64,000 nucleotides of DNA, taken from positions 159,884-223,883 of the forward strand of contig JBGUGD010000015.1 of the NCBI GenBank assembly GCA_041697335.1. Direction: 5' to 3'. This DNA comes from Vampirovibrionaceae bacterium NZW_1234. GTDB taxonomy: Bacteria; Cyanobacteriota; Vampirovibrionia; Vampirovibrionales; JAGQHJ01. The position numbers and the translations under genes are program-made. Of this stretch, positions 28,401 through 38,591 are shown piece by piece. The notes beneath the pieces were generated by a model. That model saw only the letters and a program-made list of their open reading frames with translations, made no database searches and was not told where the DNA came from. Numbering within the stretch: the first letter of the stretch is position 1; every line of letters starts with the position of its first letter.

Positions 28401-29431
28401 TGGGTGTGCGCATTACATTATTGGGCATTATATCAGAGGTGGTGCTCTGGACCGCGATTCTGGTCGTGGGATCCGTTCTGTTTGGCCGCTATATTCTGCC
28501 TCATACCCCGTGGGGCAATAAAATCAACCAGGAGTTTACCTGGACCTTTAATGACGTCAGCCAACTGAGTGTGGGTTCCCCCGTAAACTTCATGGGCATT
28601 GACGTAGGGTCCGTCAAGCGCTTGACCCCGGGCTCCAACCACGTAAAAGTTCATGTGGAAACCTACCCGACCGCCCCCAAAATTCCGACCGGATCGAATA
28701 TTACCGTGGAATTTAATGGCCTGGCCGGTGCCAAGACCCTGGAGATCCTGCCTCCGGAAGAACTGGTAGATGCACCGGAGAATTTTATTGTGGAAGATCC
28801 CATCCGATTGTCGGATGTGACCCACACCCAAAGCGAAATGTCCATTGCCTTGAATAAAGCAGCCCAGAATCTGGCCAAAAGCCTTCGTGACTACCCAGAT
28901 GACCATAGCCTGATTCTGGCGCTTCAACCTCTGGATCTGGCTCTTGATAAAAGTGGATCCAGTTTAAGCACCATGCTGAGGGTTTTAACTACCTTAAGCC
29001 CGAAAATCCAAACGGGCTTGCGTAAAACAAACACCTCAATTGGCCATTTCAATGCGATGGCCATTCGCCTCGCCGAAATTACCCGACCGGCTGATCTGCA
29101 AAGGAGGCTTGTCCACCAGTTTGAATCGTTTCACACCACCCGGCATCGTCTTCAGAACCACTTGAACTCTTGTCAAACAGCGTACCTGCACGACCGCCTT
29201 TCGATTATCGCGTCAGAACTGTCTCAAGCCACCCAGTCGCTCAATTCCACCTTGCCCAACACGCTCCAGGGATGGACGACCTTCAACCAGCGCATGTGTC
29301 AGGTCCACAACACCCTGTGTCGCATTGATAACAGCATTGATCCGGCTACATTGAGACAACGGCTTCACAACTTCAGCGAGCAGCTTCAACACTGGCTTGT
29401 GCCGTTGAAAACCCTGGAATCGAAGTTTTAA
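28400..29431 (+). CDS. MlaD/MCE-domain protein
   Basis: N-terminal TM, FNDVSQLSVGSPVNFMGIDVGSV MCE motif, helical C-terminus. Confidence 0.9.
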   Translation: MGVRITLLGIISEVVLWTAILVVGSVLFGRYILPHTPWGNKINQEFTWTFNDVSQLSVGSPVNFMGIDVGSVKRLTPGSNHVKVHVETYPTAPKIPTGSNITVEFNGLAGAKTLEILPPEELVDAPENFIVEDPIRLSDVTHTQSEMSIALNKAAQNLAKSLRDYPDDHSLILALQPLDLALDKSGSSLSTMLRVLTTLSPKIQTGLRKTNTSIGHFNAMAIRLAEITRPADLQRRLVHQFESFHTTRHRLQNHLNSCQTAYLHDRLSIIASELSQATQSLNSTLPNTLQGWTTFNQRMCQVHNTLCRIDNSIDPATLRQRLHNFSEQLQHWLVPLKTLESKF

Positions 29432-29434
29432 AAC

Positions 29435-31015
29435 CTAAACGGTGGCCAATGAAGGCCCGGAAGCCACCAGCCTGTCCAGGCTCCGATACTGGAAGGCTTG
29501 GGCCAAGTGAACGGTCTCAATGGTATCCGCCCCGGCCAGATCGGCAATGGTGCGGGTCAGTTTGAGAATCCGATCAAAAGAACGGCCACTGAGATTGAGC
29601 TTCTGGATGGCTTGGGCCATAAAGGCCTCCGTATCCGGGGTTAAGGCGCAGAATTGTTTGATATGGGAGGGCAGCATCTCGCTATTGGTGCGAATCCCAA
29701 GGCCCTCAAACCGTGTCTTTTGTCGTTGACGAGCCTGAACAATGCGCTCCTGCACCTGAGCACTGGATTCCGGCGCACTGAGAGAGGTATCATTGCCTAA
29801 CAACTCGGCTTGGGACAGGCGGGGCACTTCAATATGCAAATCGATCCGATCCAGGAGGGGGCCGGAGATTTTTCCCAGATAGCGCTGAATTTGCGAGGGG
29901 GAGCAGACACAGGACTTGAGGGAATCGCCATAATAGCCGCAAGGGCAGGGGTTCATGGCAGCCAGAAGAATGAATTTGGCGGGAAAGGTCATCGACTGCT
30001 GGGCCCGACTCACCGTGACCACGCCGTCTTCCAGAGGCTGCCGCAGGACTTCCAGAACGTTTCGGGGAAACTCGGTGAACTCATCGAGGAAGAGGACGCC
30101 CCGATGAGAGAGCGTGATTTCCCCCGGTTTGGGGTGAGCACCACCACCGATGATTCCGGCGGGGGAGGCCGAGTGATGGGGCGAACGAAACGGGCGACGA
30201 TAAATCAGGTTGGGGCTATCCGGCAAGAGACCGGCCACACTGTAAATGCGGCTGACTTCCAGCATTTCCTCAAAATCCATGGGGGGTAAAATTCCGGCAA
30301 AGGCCTTGGCAAGCATGGATTTTCCGCTGCCCGGGGGGCCGAACATGGCGATGTTGTGCCCGCCTGCGGCTGCAATTTCTAAGGCCCGCTTGGCATGAGT
30401 CTGGCCTTTGATTTCCGCAAAATCCACCAGAAAACGTTCGCTCCGGTTCATGACCTCTTGAAACAAAGTCTCAGGCTTCAACGCCGATCGGAAGGCCTCC
30501 GGATCATCCAGCAGTTGGGGAACCTGGGATAGGTGTTCCAGGCCATACACGGCAATGCCTTCGACCAGCGAGGCCTCGGCCATGTTTTCCTTGGCCACCA
30601 CCAGGGCATTGATATTGCGTGCCCGGGCCATCAGTGCAAGGGACAAGACACCCCGAACCGGACGCACGGATCCATCCAGGGACAACTCTCCCACAAAGCA
30701 TGCTTCGCTTAACAAGCGGCTTTCCGGGAAATACTCGGAGCTGTGTAAAATCCCCACCGCCATGGGCAGGTCGAAACCGGATCCGGCTTTGCGAACATCG
30801 GCCGGGGCCAGGTTGACCACCACTTTTTTTAACGGAAACACGAATCCGGCATTCTTAATGGCAGATTTTATCCGCTCCTTCGCTTCGTTCACCGTGGTAT
30901 CCGGTAGTCCGACAATGTTGAAGGCAGGCACCCCGGCAGCCGTATCCACCTCGGCAAACACCACCTCGCCATCAATGCCATTAATGGTCCCGGTCATAAT
31001 CTGGGCAACCGTCAC
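29435..31015 (-). CDS. comM: ComM/YifB Mg-chelatase-family AAA+ ATPase
   Basis: IVGLPD, NLAPAD, GPPGSGKS, RPFRSPHH, LFLDEF, NPCPCG and LDRIDL. Confidence 0.96.
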   Translation of the reverse strand: MTVAQIMTGTINGIDGEVVFAEVDTAAGVPAFNIVGLPDTTVNEAKERIKSAIKNAGFVFPLKKVVVNLAPADVRKAGSGFDLPMAVGILHSSEYFPESRLLSEACFVGELSLDGSVRPVRGVLSLALMARARNINALVVAKENMAEASLVEGIAVYGLEHLSQVPQLLDDPEAFRSALKPETLFQEVMNRSERFLVDFAEIKGQTHAKRALEIAAAGGHNIAMFGPPGSGKSMLAKAFAGILPPMDFEEMLEVSRIYSVAGLLPDSPNLIYRRPFRSPHHSASPAGIIGGGAHPKPGEITLSHRGVLFLDEFTEFPRNVLEVLRQPLEDGVVTVSRAQQSMTFPAKFILLAAMNPCPCGYYGDSLKSCVCSPSQIQRYLGKISGPLLDRIDLHIEVPRLSQAELLGNDTSLSAPESSAQVQERIVQARQRQKTRFEGLGIRTNSEMLPSHIKQFCALTPDTEAFMAQAIQKLNLSGRSFDRILKLTRTIADLAGADTIETVHLAQAFQYRSLDRLVASGPSLATV

Positions 31016-31214
31016 GTTTTGGGCCTCCTGTCCTCGCCCCGGCATCGGGGTTCAAGCTCACTATTCATCTCATCAAATCGAAATAGCCCGGGAAACTCAA
31101 GACATGCTGCACAGATTGTTACAGACGGATGGCTATCCCCAGATACGCAATTTTGGCGTACAATAGGGGCGTGTAGAGTCGTCCGCATCGAAATGATGGA
31201 CCAGGGGGTCTTTC

Positions 31215-32273
31215 TTGAACGCCAACGTGTCGAATCAAAAATTTATTGCCCTAACGCTAATCTCTTTCTGCGTGCTTGCCCTGATTTTGGGCGTGGTACA
31301 ACTGTCCAAAGCTCCCAGCAATATTAAAGCCGTCGGATCCAAAGAGTCGATCTCAGGAACATTCATGGGCGGCACCGGCGATCGCCTGGCCTTTATCTCC
31401 CTGGAAGGCATGATCAGCGAGGATTTAAGCGACTCCTCTGTTTTTCAGCGTGAATCGACTGCCATGAAGGCCCGTCGGCTGCTGTATTATGCGGCCAAAG
31501 ACACCAATGTCAAGGGAGTCCTCCTGCGCATTAATTCCCCGGGAGGCACCGTGGGCATGAGCCAGGAATTGTATGATGCGGTCTCCGAAGTTCGCAAACA
31601 CAAACCCATTGTGGTTTCCATGGGCGATGTTGCTGCCAGTGGCGGCTACTACACGGCAGCAGCAGCCGACCGGATTCTCGCCAACCCGGGAACATTGACG
31701 GCCAGTATCGGCGTGATTCTGCAGACCATCAATGCTGAAAAACTCTTGACGGACAAACTGGGCATTAAAGCCGTAACGGTGAAAAGCGGCAAGTTTAAAG
31801 ATATTCTTTCGCCCTACCGCCCGGCAACCGAAGCCGAGTTGTCCTTGTTGCAAGATATTATCGACTCTTCCTATCACCAATTTCTGGAGGCCGTCCTGAA
31901 TGGGCGCACCCGGGACATTAAAGACCCTGAGGTTCGTAATAATCGGATACGAGCGATCACCGCCATTGCCGACGGTCGTGTGGTGCTGGGCTCTCAGGCC
32001 GTTGAAATCGGCCTCGTCGATCAAACCGGAGGCTTGGAAGATGCCAAGCGAGTGCTGCAAAATCTGGCTGGCGAGCGGTTTAACATTAGCCGCCCCGATC
32101 GCCTGACGTTGCAGGAATATGAAAGCACCTTCAGCATCTGGGATTTCCTGGGATTGGGAGCGGTTCAAAACCTCAAGCCCAAAATGGGTGCCGTATTGAC
32201 CCCGCCGGAATCCGTCATTCCCAACTCTATTCGCTATGCCAACCAACCCCTGTGGTTGATGGAGAGCTTCTAG
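31215..32273 (+). CDS. sppA: Signal peptide peptidase SppA (S49)
   Basis: N-terminal TM, INSPGG, AASGGYY, SIGVI and KSGKFKD. Confidence 0.95.
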   Translation: MNANVSNQKFIALTLISFCVLALILGVVQLSKAPSNIKAVGSKESISGTFMGGTGDRLAFISLEGMISEDLSDSSVFQRESTAMKARRLLYYAAKDTNVKGVLLRINSPGGTVGMSQELYDAVSEVRKHKPIVVSMGDVAASGGYYTAAAADRILANPGTLTASIGVILQTINAEKLLTDKLGIKAVTVKSGKFKDILSPYRPATEAELSLLQDIIDSSYHQFLEAVLNGRTRDIKDPEVRNNRIRAITAIADGRVVLGSQAVEIGLVDQTGGLEDAKRVLQNLAGERFNISRPDRLTLQEYESTFSIWDFLGLGAVQNLKPKMGAVLTPPESVIPNSIRYANQPLWLMESF

Positions 32274-32274
32274 A

Positions 32275-32844
32275 ATGCAATTCCTGGACATTTTCTTTAA
32301 CGTCCTGTTTCACCCTTCCCAGGAATTTCGGGTGATTGCCATTGGTCCGGTGCCTCGGGATCGGCTGCTGGCCTATGGTTTGGTGCTGGTTTTGGTCACC
32401 TCGGCCTTGGGCGTGGTGTATTCCCCGATGGTGTTTTCGACTGACGGGTTGATGCTTAAACTGATGCTGGCAGCCACTTCAGGCACTATCTATTGGCTTT
32501 TTACGGCCGCCCTGATTGCCATGACCGCCTATGTTTTTGGTGAACGGGGCCGCCCGCAAACACTCCTGATCTTAACAGCCTACGCAACCTTGCCCTGGTT
32601 ATTTTTACCGGTAGCCATGCTCTTTCGGGACAGCTTGTGGGGCTTTGGCCATACCATTAGCATTTTTGCCTCATTGGGGATTTGGCTGTGGAGTGCCATC
32701 TTGTTCCTGATGGCGCTCAAATTTACCTATAATCTGACGCTGGATCGGCTGTTGCTGGCCGCAACGGTCCCGCTCCTGATGGCCTTTCTGGGCCTCAGTT
32801 GGGTGGGCGGGTTCATCTTTAATTTGATCCAGTTTTTATCCTAA
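32275..32844 (+). CDS. YIP1-family membrane protein
   Basis: About 5 TM helices, N-terminal VLFHPS motif, YATLPW. Confidence 0.8.
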   Translation: MQFLDIFFNVLFHPSQEFRVIAIGPVPRDRLLAYGLVLVLVTSALGVVYSPMVFSTDGLMLKLMLAATSGTIYWLFTAALIAMTAYVFGERGRPQTLLILTAYATLPWLFLPVAMLFRDSLWGFGHTISIFASLGIWLWSAILFLMALKFTYNLTLDRLLLAATVPLLMAFLGLSWVGGFIFNLIQFLS

Positions 32845-32936
32845 TTATTGGTCTAACGCCTTTTCCCGAGAGCTTTTTCTCCCCAATTTCCCGAACCGTT
32901 GTCTATAAACTTCTTTACATTTCTGCTGTGTCCTCT

Positions 32937-32963
32937 TCAGCCCTAGCTTCCTTGTACCGATAC
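32937..32963 (+). promoter_or_regulatory. Sigma-28-like promoter (weaker -35)
   Basis: TCAGCCCT-N11-ACCGATAC upstream of pilin-like gene 1. Confidence 0.45.
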
Positions 32964-33028
32964 CGGATCTGAAGAATCGCTATCACTTTCCATGGGTATT
33001 GGGTAATCGCAAGATAGGGACAGCACAA

Positions 33029-35797
33029 ATGGGCATTGAGCAAATTTTTTCCAGATATTTCAAGGCTTTTGGTCGGCCAAGAGCCACCAAAGGCTTTAGC
33101 TTGAGTGAAAATCTGGTCACGCTGGGTGTGATTAGTCTGGTCGCTGTAACCGGTGTGGTGGCCATGACCACCATGAACACCAATAAAAATGGCCTGGCCA
33201 AATTGCGCACCACCCATGAACTGATTCAAGCCACGGCCTCTCACGAAAACATCAAGGGCAGCATCCATCAGCCAGCAGACATGTTCCGACAGCTGGCCAG
33301 CAGCCTGACGGATCGGGGGGATTATGTGGAAATGAAACTCCGCAACGGGACCACGATCCATGTGGCCAAGAGCTGGTCCCCAGGTGGGTACACCGTGGTG
33401 ATGGCCTATGCTGATGGCCAGCAGGCGTGCATTGCCGTGGACGAAGACTCCGCCCAAACGGCATCCCAAGATTGCTCGAACCCGAACTCTCCCAACCCAT
33501 CGGATCAAACCCTGAACGCCGACAGCAATTTCGCCAACCAGGTCAACAACGCCAATCAATTGGCCTCAGCCGGGAGTGACACGGGCTCCACGCAAGAAGA
33601 AGATATTGCCACCGATGGGAGTACCAATCCCGATCTGGGGGGCGGTAGCGGAAGCTCTCAAACCAACGACCCCTCTACCGCCGACGAGGGAACAGGCACA
33701 CTCTCCAGCATGAACCAGGCCACCATCACAGTGAATCTGCAAGGCTTGTTCTCAGGCCAAAAAGGGACCGTGGTTATTGACGACACCGATGCAAACACCC
33801 CGCAAATGACCTTGAGTGATCTGGATAACGGTTCTGTGTCGCAACATGTGGAAGCCGGAAGCGTAAACGACAACTATACCTACACCGTCACCATTACGCC
33901 TCAGGTCAACGTTCCCAACCTGCCAGCAGGGCAGGTCAACAACAGCACTTTGGGCAGAACCGTTATTACCTTGCCCAACCTGGAAACGGGCGAAACCTAT
34001 GCTATTACCGCAAACGTGATTCAAGAACGCCCGATTGCCTTCAAAGTCAATCTGCCCACGGCACAAACCGCACAAGGTTTGCAATATGAAGTCCATAGAG
34101 CTTCCAGTGCCAACGGACCTTTCACGATTATGCCTGAGAAATCCGGACAAACCAGCTCGGGGCAAAATACCAATGTCAACTTGTCCCTGGTCAACAATAT
34201 GTTTTACAAATTTGTCGTTCGTCCTGGCGTTCAACTGGCCGGTGTGGCTGAAAGTCAACCCTTCCAGGTGACCGATGGCGGGGCCCTCATTGGTAGCTCA
34301 ACCGTACCTGTCGTTCCCATCAATGCAAATTTACCACCGCTGACGGTGCGAGTGACCCAAAGTGGTACTGTCGCCATCAACTCTGATGTTACGGTTCATA
34401 TTAACGGCCCTGGTATGAGTAGCAGCGCACAAGTGACCACTGTAAACGGGATTCGGCAAGTAACGGTCCATGTTCTGGGTGGGCAGACATACACAGCGGA
34501 AGCCATGGCTGACGGTTACATTGGCCTTCCCTCCAGCCAACTGGTTAACGGGCCCAGCGGATCCACCCTTAATCTCACCCTCAATGTCAGTTTGACCGGC
34601 ATGTATCACCGAATCACCCATGCACAAGTCGGTGGCTTGGCCAAAGACATTTTTGATCCTCGGACCGGATGGTTTCGTCGTGGCACCTTTGGCTCAGATT
34701 TAAGCCTGGCAGCCAGCCAACTCGGAAACTCGGCCCTGGCCCACGGGACGTATCTATTAGGCCAAGGGATTTCTACCTTCCGAACCAATTCCTCGATTGC
34801 GGGCTTTGGCAACATTTATATTGACTTTAAAGACCCGAATTGGTGGACCAACAGTTCCTTCCAAAAACTTTCGGGGCAAAGCAATATGGAACTTGCCCTG
34901 TATGATGCTTACGGCAATCGAGTCACCTCGCCTGTGCTGAGAACTGAAACGGTGAATATTGACGGGATTGTCTATACCTATCGTTTCCCGGCCCAGAACT
35001 ATACCTTCGTGGTTAAGAACACGCAAACGGGACAGTCCGTGGCCATGACATGGGATGAAGCGTGTATTTCTCCCATCAAAGTGAACCTGGCCGGGGGGCA
35101 TGCCCGCCTGAACTCCGACGATCGGTTCTTGTTCGACATTGATGGCCGACGCAAAGCCACAGTGCCTTACATTCGCACCACGGGTGGTCTGAACCAGAAC
35201 GAGGCCTGGCTGATGCTGGATCGGGCCGGCAATGGCCTGGTCAGTAAAGACGGGATTGTGGATGGCGAAGACGTCTTTGGGGACCATATGCGTACCTACA
35301 AGTCCGGTTACGAAGACCTGGCAACCACATTTAAAAGCCACCTCAAAAAAGACGAGCGTGGCCAACGCTACATTCCCCTGCGTCAGATGAGCTGGGTGGA
35401 ATCCTGGTGGGTTGGCACCACACGGGCATTGGGATGGAACAAGACGATGGATCCGTCCTATGACCTGAAGTTGCTGGATCGCAACAAACAGGTTCAGCTG
35501 GCCTCGGCCCATATGAACCGCATCTACGTAGATTATCGCAATGTCGATGAATCCGATGCCAAGAATCAAAACTGGATTGGCCAACGCGGCAACGTCTACT
35601 TTGCCACGGGTCAGGCTGCCGAAAGCGCCGACCAATGGTTTCGAGCGTATGCCCGGTTCCGGGAGCTGAGTTTGCAAGAGGTGAAGGAACTGAAAGCAGC
35701 CAAAAAGCTGCCAGCCTCTCTGGCGCTGATGAATGGAACAAAGCCAGCCCCCAAGACAGCCAAGTCAGACTCAAAATCTCTATTGGCCTCAAACTAG
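33029..35797 (+). CDS. Type IV prepilin-like N-terminus + beta-rich stalk + C-terminal self-processing-module-like domain (paralog 1)
   Basis: Basic leader, KG|FSLSE with Glu+5 and hydrophobic helix; C-terminal domain starts at ISPIKVNL (35069). Confidence 0.85.
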   Translation: MGIEQIFSRYFKAFGRPRATKGFSLSENLVTLGVISLVAVTGVVAMTTMNTNKNGLAKLRTTHELIQATASHENIKGSIHQPADMFRQLASSLTDRGDYVEMKLRNGTTIHVAKSWSPGGYTVVMAYADGQQACIAVDEDSAQTASQDCSNPNSPNPSDQTLNADSNFANQVNNANQLASAGSDTGSTQEEDIATDGSTNPDLGGGSGSSQTNDPSTADEGTGTLSSMNQATITVNLQGLFSGQKGTVVIDDTDANTPQMTLSDLDNGSVSQHVEAGSVNDNYTYTVTITPQVNVPNLPAGQVNNSTLGRTVITLPNLETGETYAITANVIQERPIAFKVNLPTAQTAQGLQYEVHRASSANGPFTIMPEKSGQTSSGQNTNVNLSLVNNMFYKFVVRPGVQLAGVAESQPFQVTDGGALIGSSTVPVVPINANLPPLTVRVTQSGTVAINSDVTVHINGPGMSSSAQVTTVNGIRQVTVHVLGGQTYTAEAMADGYIGLPSSQLVNGPSGSTLNLTLNVSLTGMYHRITHAQVGGLAKDIFDPRTGWFRRGTFGSDLSLAASQLGNSALAHGTYLLGQGISTFRTNSSIAGFGNIYIDFKDPNWWTNSSFQKLSGQSNMELALYDAYGNRVTSPVLRTETVNIDGIVYTYRFPAQNYTFVVKNTQTGQSVAMTWDEACISPIKVNLAGGHARLNSDDRFLFDIDGRRKATVPYIRTTGGLNQNEAWLMLDRAGNGLVSKDGIVDGEDVFGDHMRTYKSGYEDLATTFKSHLKKDERGQRYIPLRQMSWVESWWVGTTRALGWNKTMDPSYDLKLLDRNKQVQLASAHMNRIYVDYRNVDESDAKNQNWIGQRGNVYFATGQAAESADQWFRAYARFRELSLQEVKELKAAKKLPASLALMNGTKPAPKTAKSDSKSLLASN

Positions 35798-35824
35798 CCT
35801 TCCTGAAATTGAATGCCTCAAACG

Positions 35825-35853
35825 ACGACAATGATCGATTCGGTCATTGTCGT
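35825..35853 (+). terminator. Hairpin after paralog 1 (possible terminator)
   Basis: ACGACAATGATCG-att-CGGTCATTGTCGT; no strong U-tract. Confidence 0.5.
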
Positions 35854-35880
35854 TGGCCTACAAGGGTTTTTGCCTGATTT

Positions 35881-35908
35881 TAAAGCCCATTTTTAAATCG
35901 TCCGATAC
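35881..35908 (+). promoter_or_regulatory. Sigma-28-like promoter
   Basis: TAAAGCCC-N12-TCCGATAC upstream of paralog 2. Confidence 0.55.
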
Positions 35909-35977
35909 CCCTTTATCGTACAGTTTGCTTCTCGTTTGTTCGATAGGGTAGAAACTGATTGGAAGAGGCCCATCTGC

Positions 35978-38344
35978 ATGAAACAGCGTCACTCGTTCTT
36001 CTCGAATTTCTTATCCTCGGTTTTTAAACGAAACGTCAAGCCGGGGTTTACCCTCAGCGAAAACTTGATTACTGTGGGAGTCATTGCCGGTATTGTCACG
36101 GTTGGCGCCTTGACACTGGGCAGTTTGAGTCAAAACCAGAATGGCGAAGCCAAGCTCCAAACAACGCAAGCACATCTTCAACACTTGGCCTCCCATGCCA
36201 ATCTGAAGGGCGACATGGGCCGAACACCGGATCACGTTTTTCGGGAACTGGCCGTGAGTTTAACGGACAAGGGCGACTACGTTGAGATGGCCCTGCGCAA
36301 CGGATCTCTCATCAAAGTGAGTAAGACTTGGCGCAATGGCTTAACCGTGGTGATGGCTTACGCGGATAATGAAAAGCCCTCATGTATTACCGTGTCTCAA
36401 AGCGGCAATACCGCCACCGGGACCTGTAACAGTTCAGAAGACCCGAACGAGCAAGACCCGACCACCAGCAGTGCCGCTCTGAACGAAGAACAAACGACCC
36501 GCGAACAATTGGCAAATAACCCCGGAAACACGGGTGAAGAAAACCTTATCCTCAACGATGGTTCCGACAATCCGGATCTTGGCGGTCGAGATTCAAATGG
36601 AACCACAACCCAACTGAGCGATCCTCAGCAACACAACACCTCAACCGTCTACGTAGGCCCTTCCACCACCGAAATCACCTATAATTTGAAAGATCAGTGT
36701 AACAATGACATCTCGAATGCGACGGTGACGTTAAAAGACGAGAATAATGAAACCGTGGAAGATGAGGATGGCCATAGCACCTTTACCGGTGCCACCGGTA
36801 CTATCGCCGCCGTAATTGGACGAACCTACAAACTTGAAGTGAGTTCGGCAGACTATCGTTTTAATGCGGCCGATCCAAAGGCAACGTTTTTGGCTACGGC
36901 CGATCCCCAGCAAATTACACTGGTGGGAATGGCGCCCCAGACCTATCGCCTCACCATCAACACGTTTGCCAATTTAAACGTAGGCCCGATTACGGTCACC
37001 AGCCCCGAAATCACCGGTTTTAGCCATGTACTGAATCATCCTTACCAAAAAGAAGTCAAAATAGAGCCCACAAACCTCAACACCGTATCCTTTTTAGCCA
37101 ATCCAAGTCAATACAACCTCAGCCCTCAGCTGGTGGAGGTTCCACAACCCAGTTGTTCCCTGGAGTCTATGCCCGTAACGTTCAGCTATACCTCTGCGAG
37201 CCTCTTAAGTCAAGTGGCACAGAAGACCATCAGTATGGCCACCTGGGTTCCTAACCGAGCCTTAACAGGCATCGACTCGGGTTGGGACACCACCAATTGG
37301 CGAACCTTCATGGTGCAGCATGGGACGTGGGCCTATAATTACTGGATTTCCGAATTCAACCGGGTTTTAGGCCAAACGGCTGGCTATACTGCCCAAAGCA
37401 TTGATCGGATGTTTGATACCATTGTCCGTGGACGCAACCAATATCAGTTGTTTACGGCCAACGGTCAGGAGGCCCTGGTGCTGAATCCGGATACCATGCT
37501 GAATGACCCCAATCTGGTCTTCTACAACCGGACCACAGGGCAGCCTATGCAGCCGACCGTTGTGAATTATGGTACCGTCAGCTATATCCAAAGCCCGACC
37601 CAATTTGTAGTGCAAGATCGGCGCACAGGCAATGTGTATACCATTGAACAAGAACTCCATTCGCCGATTAAGGTCAGCTTGAACGGGGTTGATGCCAAGC
37701 TCAATTCCACCGACTCCTACCTGGTGGATTTGGATGGGCAACACCGCCATGGCCCCTTACGGGTCTTCTCCAAAGGCGGCTTAAATGACAATGAAGCCTG
37801 GCTGGTGATGGACAGAGCCCAAAACGGTTTCTGGGATAAGCACTTGGCCGTGGATGGCGATGACATCTTCGGGGATCATCTTGGCCAGTACCGCTCTGGC
37901 TATGAAGATCTTCAAAAAACCTTCCAAACTCACCTGCAAGTAGATGAGCAGGGCCGACGCTACATTCAGCTCCACCCCTTAAGCTGGTGGGAAAAAACCT
38001 GGACCCCGGTTAGCCGAGCCCTCGGTTTAAGCAACAGCGATCCGTCATTTGACCTGAAGCTGATGACCAGGGACAAACAATTGGTTCAGGCATCAGACGT
38101 GCTCACCAAGCTCTACGTGGACTATCAACAGGTTGACGAGTGGGATCACCACCGATTGAACTGGATTGGTCAACGTGCCGCTGTTACCTACCGCAATGGG
38201 AAAGCCGCCACCAGTGCCGACCAGTGGTTTGCCACAACCGTCGCCCTGGAATTGCTAAGCCCTCAAGAAGCAAGACGCTATATTGAACAGGGCGAAGCCC
38301 AAACGGCCAATGCAAAGACAACAGCAGATACACGAAAATCCTGA
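35978..38344 (+). CDS. Prepilin-like + stalk + self-processing-module-like domain (paralog 2)
   Basis: PG|FTLSE prepilin motif; C-terminal domain from HSPIKVSL (37661). Confidence 0.85.
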   Translation: MKQRHSFFSNFLSSVFKRNVKPGFTLSENLITVGVIAGIVTVGALTLGSLSQNQNGEAKLQTTQAHLQHLASHANLKGDMGRTPDHVFRELAVSLTDKGDYVEMALRNGSLIKVSKTWRNGLTVVMAYADNEKPSCITVSQSGNTATGTCNSSEDPNEQDPTTSSAALNEEQTTREQLANNPGNTGEENLILNDGSDNPDLGGRDSNGTTTQLSDPQQHNTSTVYVGPSTTEITYNLKDQCNNDISNATVTLKDENNETVEDEDGHSTFTGATGTIAAVIGRTYKLEVSSADYRFNAADPKATFLATADPQQITLVGMAPQTYRLTINTFANLNVGPITVTSPEITGFSHVLNHPYQKEVKIEPTNLNTVSFLANPSQYNLSPQLVEVPQPSCSLESMPVTFSYTSASLLSQVAQKTISMATWVPNRALTGIDSGWDTTNWRTFMVQHGTWAYNYWISEFNRVLGQTAGYTAQSIDRMFDTIVRGRNQYQLFTANGQEALVLNPDTMLNDPNLVFYNRTTGQPMQPTVVNYGTVSYIQSPTQFVVQDRRTGNVYTIEQELHSPIKVSLNGVDAKLNSTDSYLVDLDGQHRHGPLRVFSKGGLNDNEAWLVMDRAQNGFWDKHLAVDGDDIFGDHLGQYRSGYEDLQKTFQTHLQVDEQGRRYIQLHPLSWWEKTWTPVSRALGLSNSDPSFDLKLMTRDKQLVQASDVLTKLYVDYQQVDEWDHHRLNWIGQRAAVTYRNGKAATSADQWFATTVALELLSPQEARRYIEQGEAQTANAKTTADTRKS

Positions 38345-38380
38345 TCTGGTGTTCTTTAAACAAGCGTTATTATGATTACT

Positions 38381-38406
38381 AGCCCCTTCCACATGTGGAA
38401 GGGGCT
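38381..38406. terminator. Perfect 26-bp palindrome after paralog 2 (probable terminator)
   Basis: AGCCCCTTCCACATGTGGAAGGGGCT. Confidence 0.65.
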
Positions 38407-38501
38407 TGCTTCATGGGATGGTACGATAGCATCCCCCGACTGAAATACGTGATTGCGCAGCACCCGAAAGCCCTCTCCCTGAGACAAATTCCACCCATTT
38501 C

Positions 38502-38528
38502 TAAGGTTTTCAAAAAATCATCCGATAC
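38502..38528 (+). promoter_or_regulatory. Sigma-28-like promoter
   Basis: TAAGGTTT-N11-TCCGATAC upstream of paralog 3. Confidence 0.65.
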
Positions 38529-38591
38529 GACAGTGTCTTAGTCTTACTTGTTGCATGGATTGGGTAGAGATAACCAGAGAGACAGGCCTGT

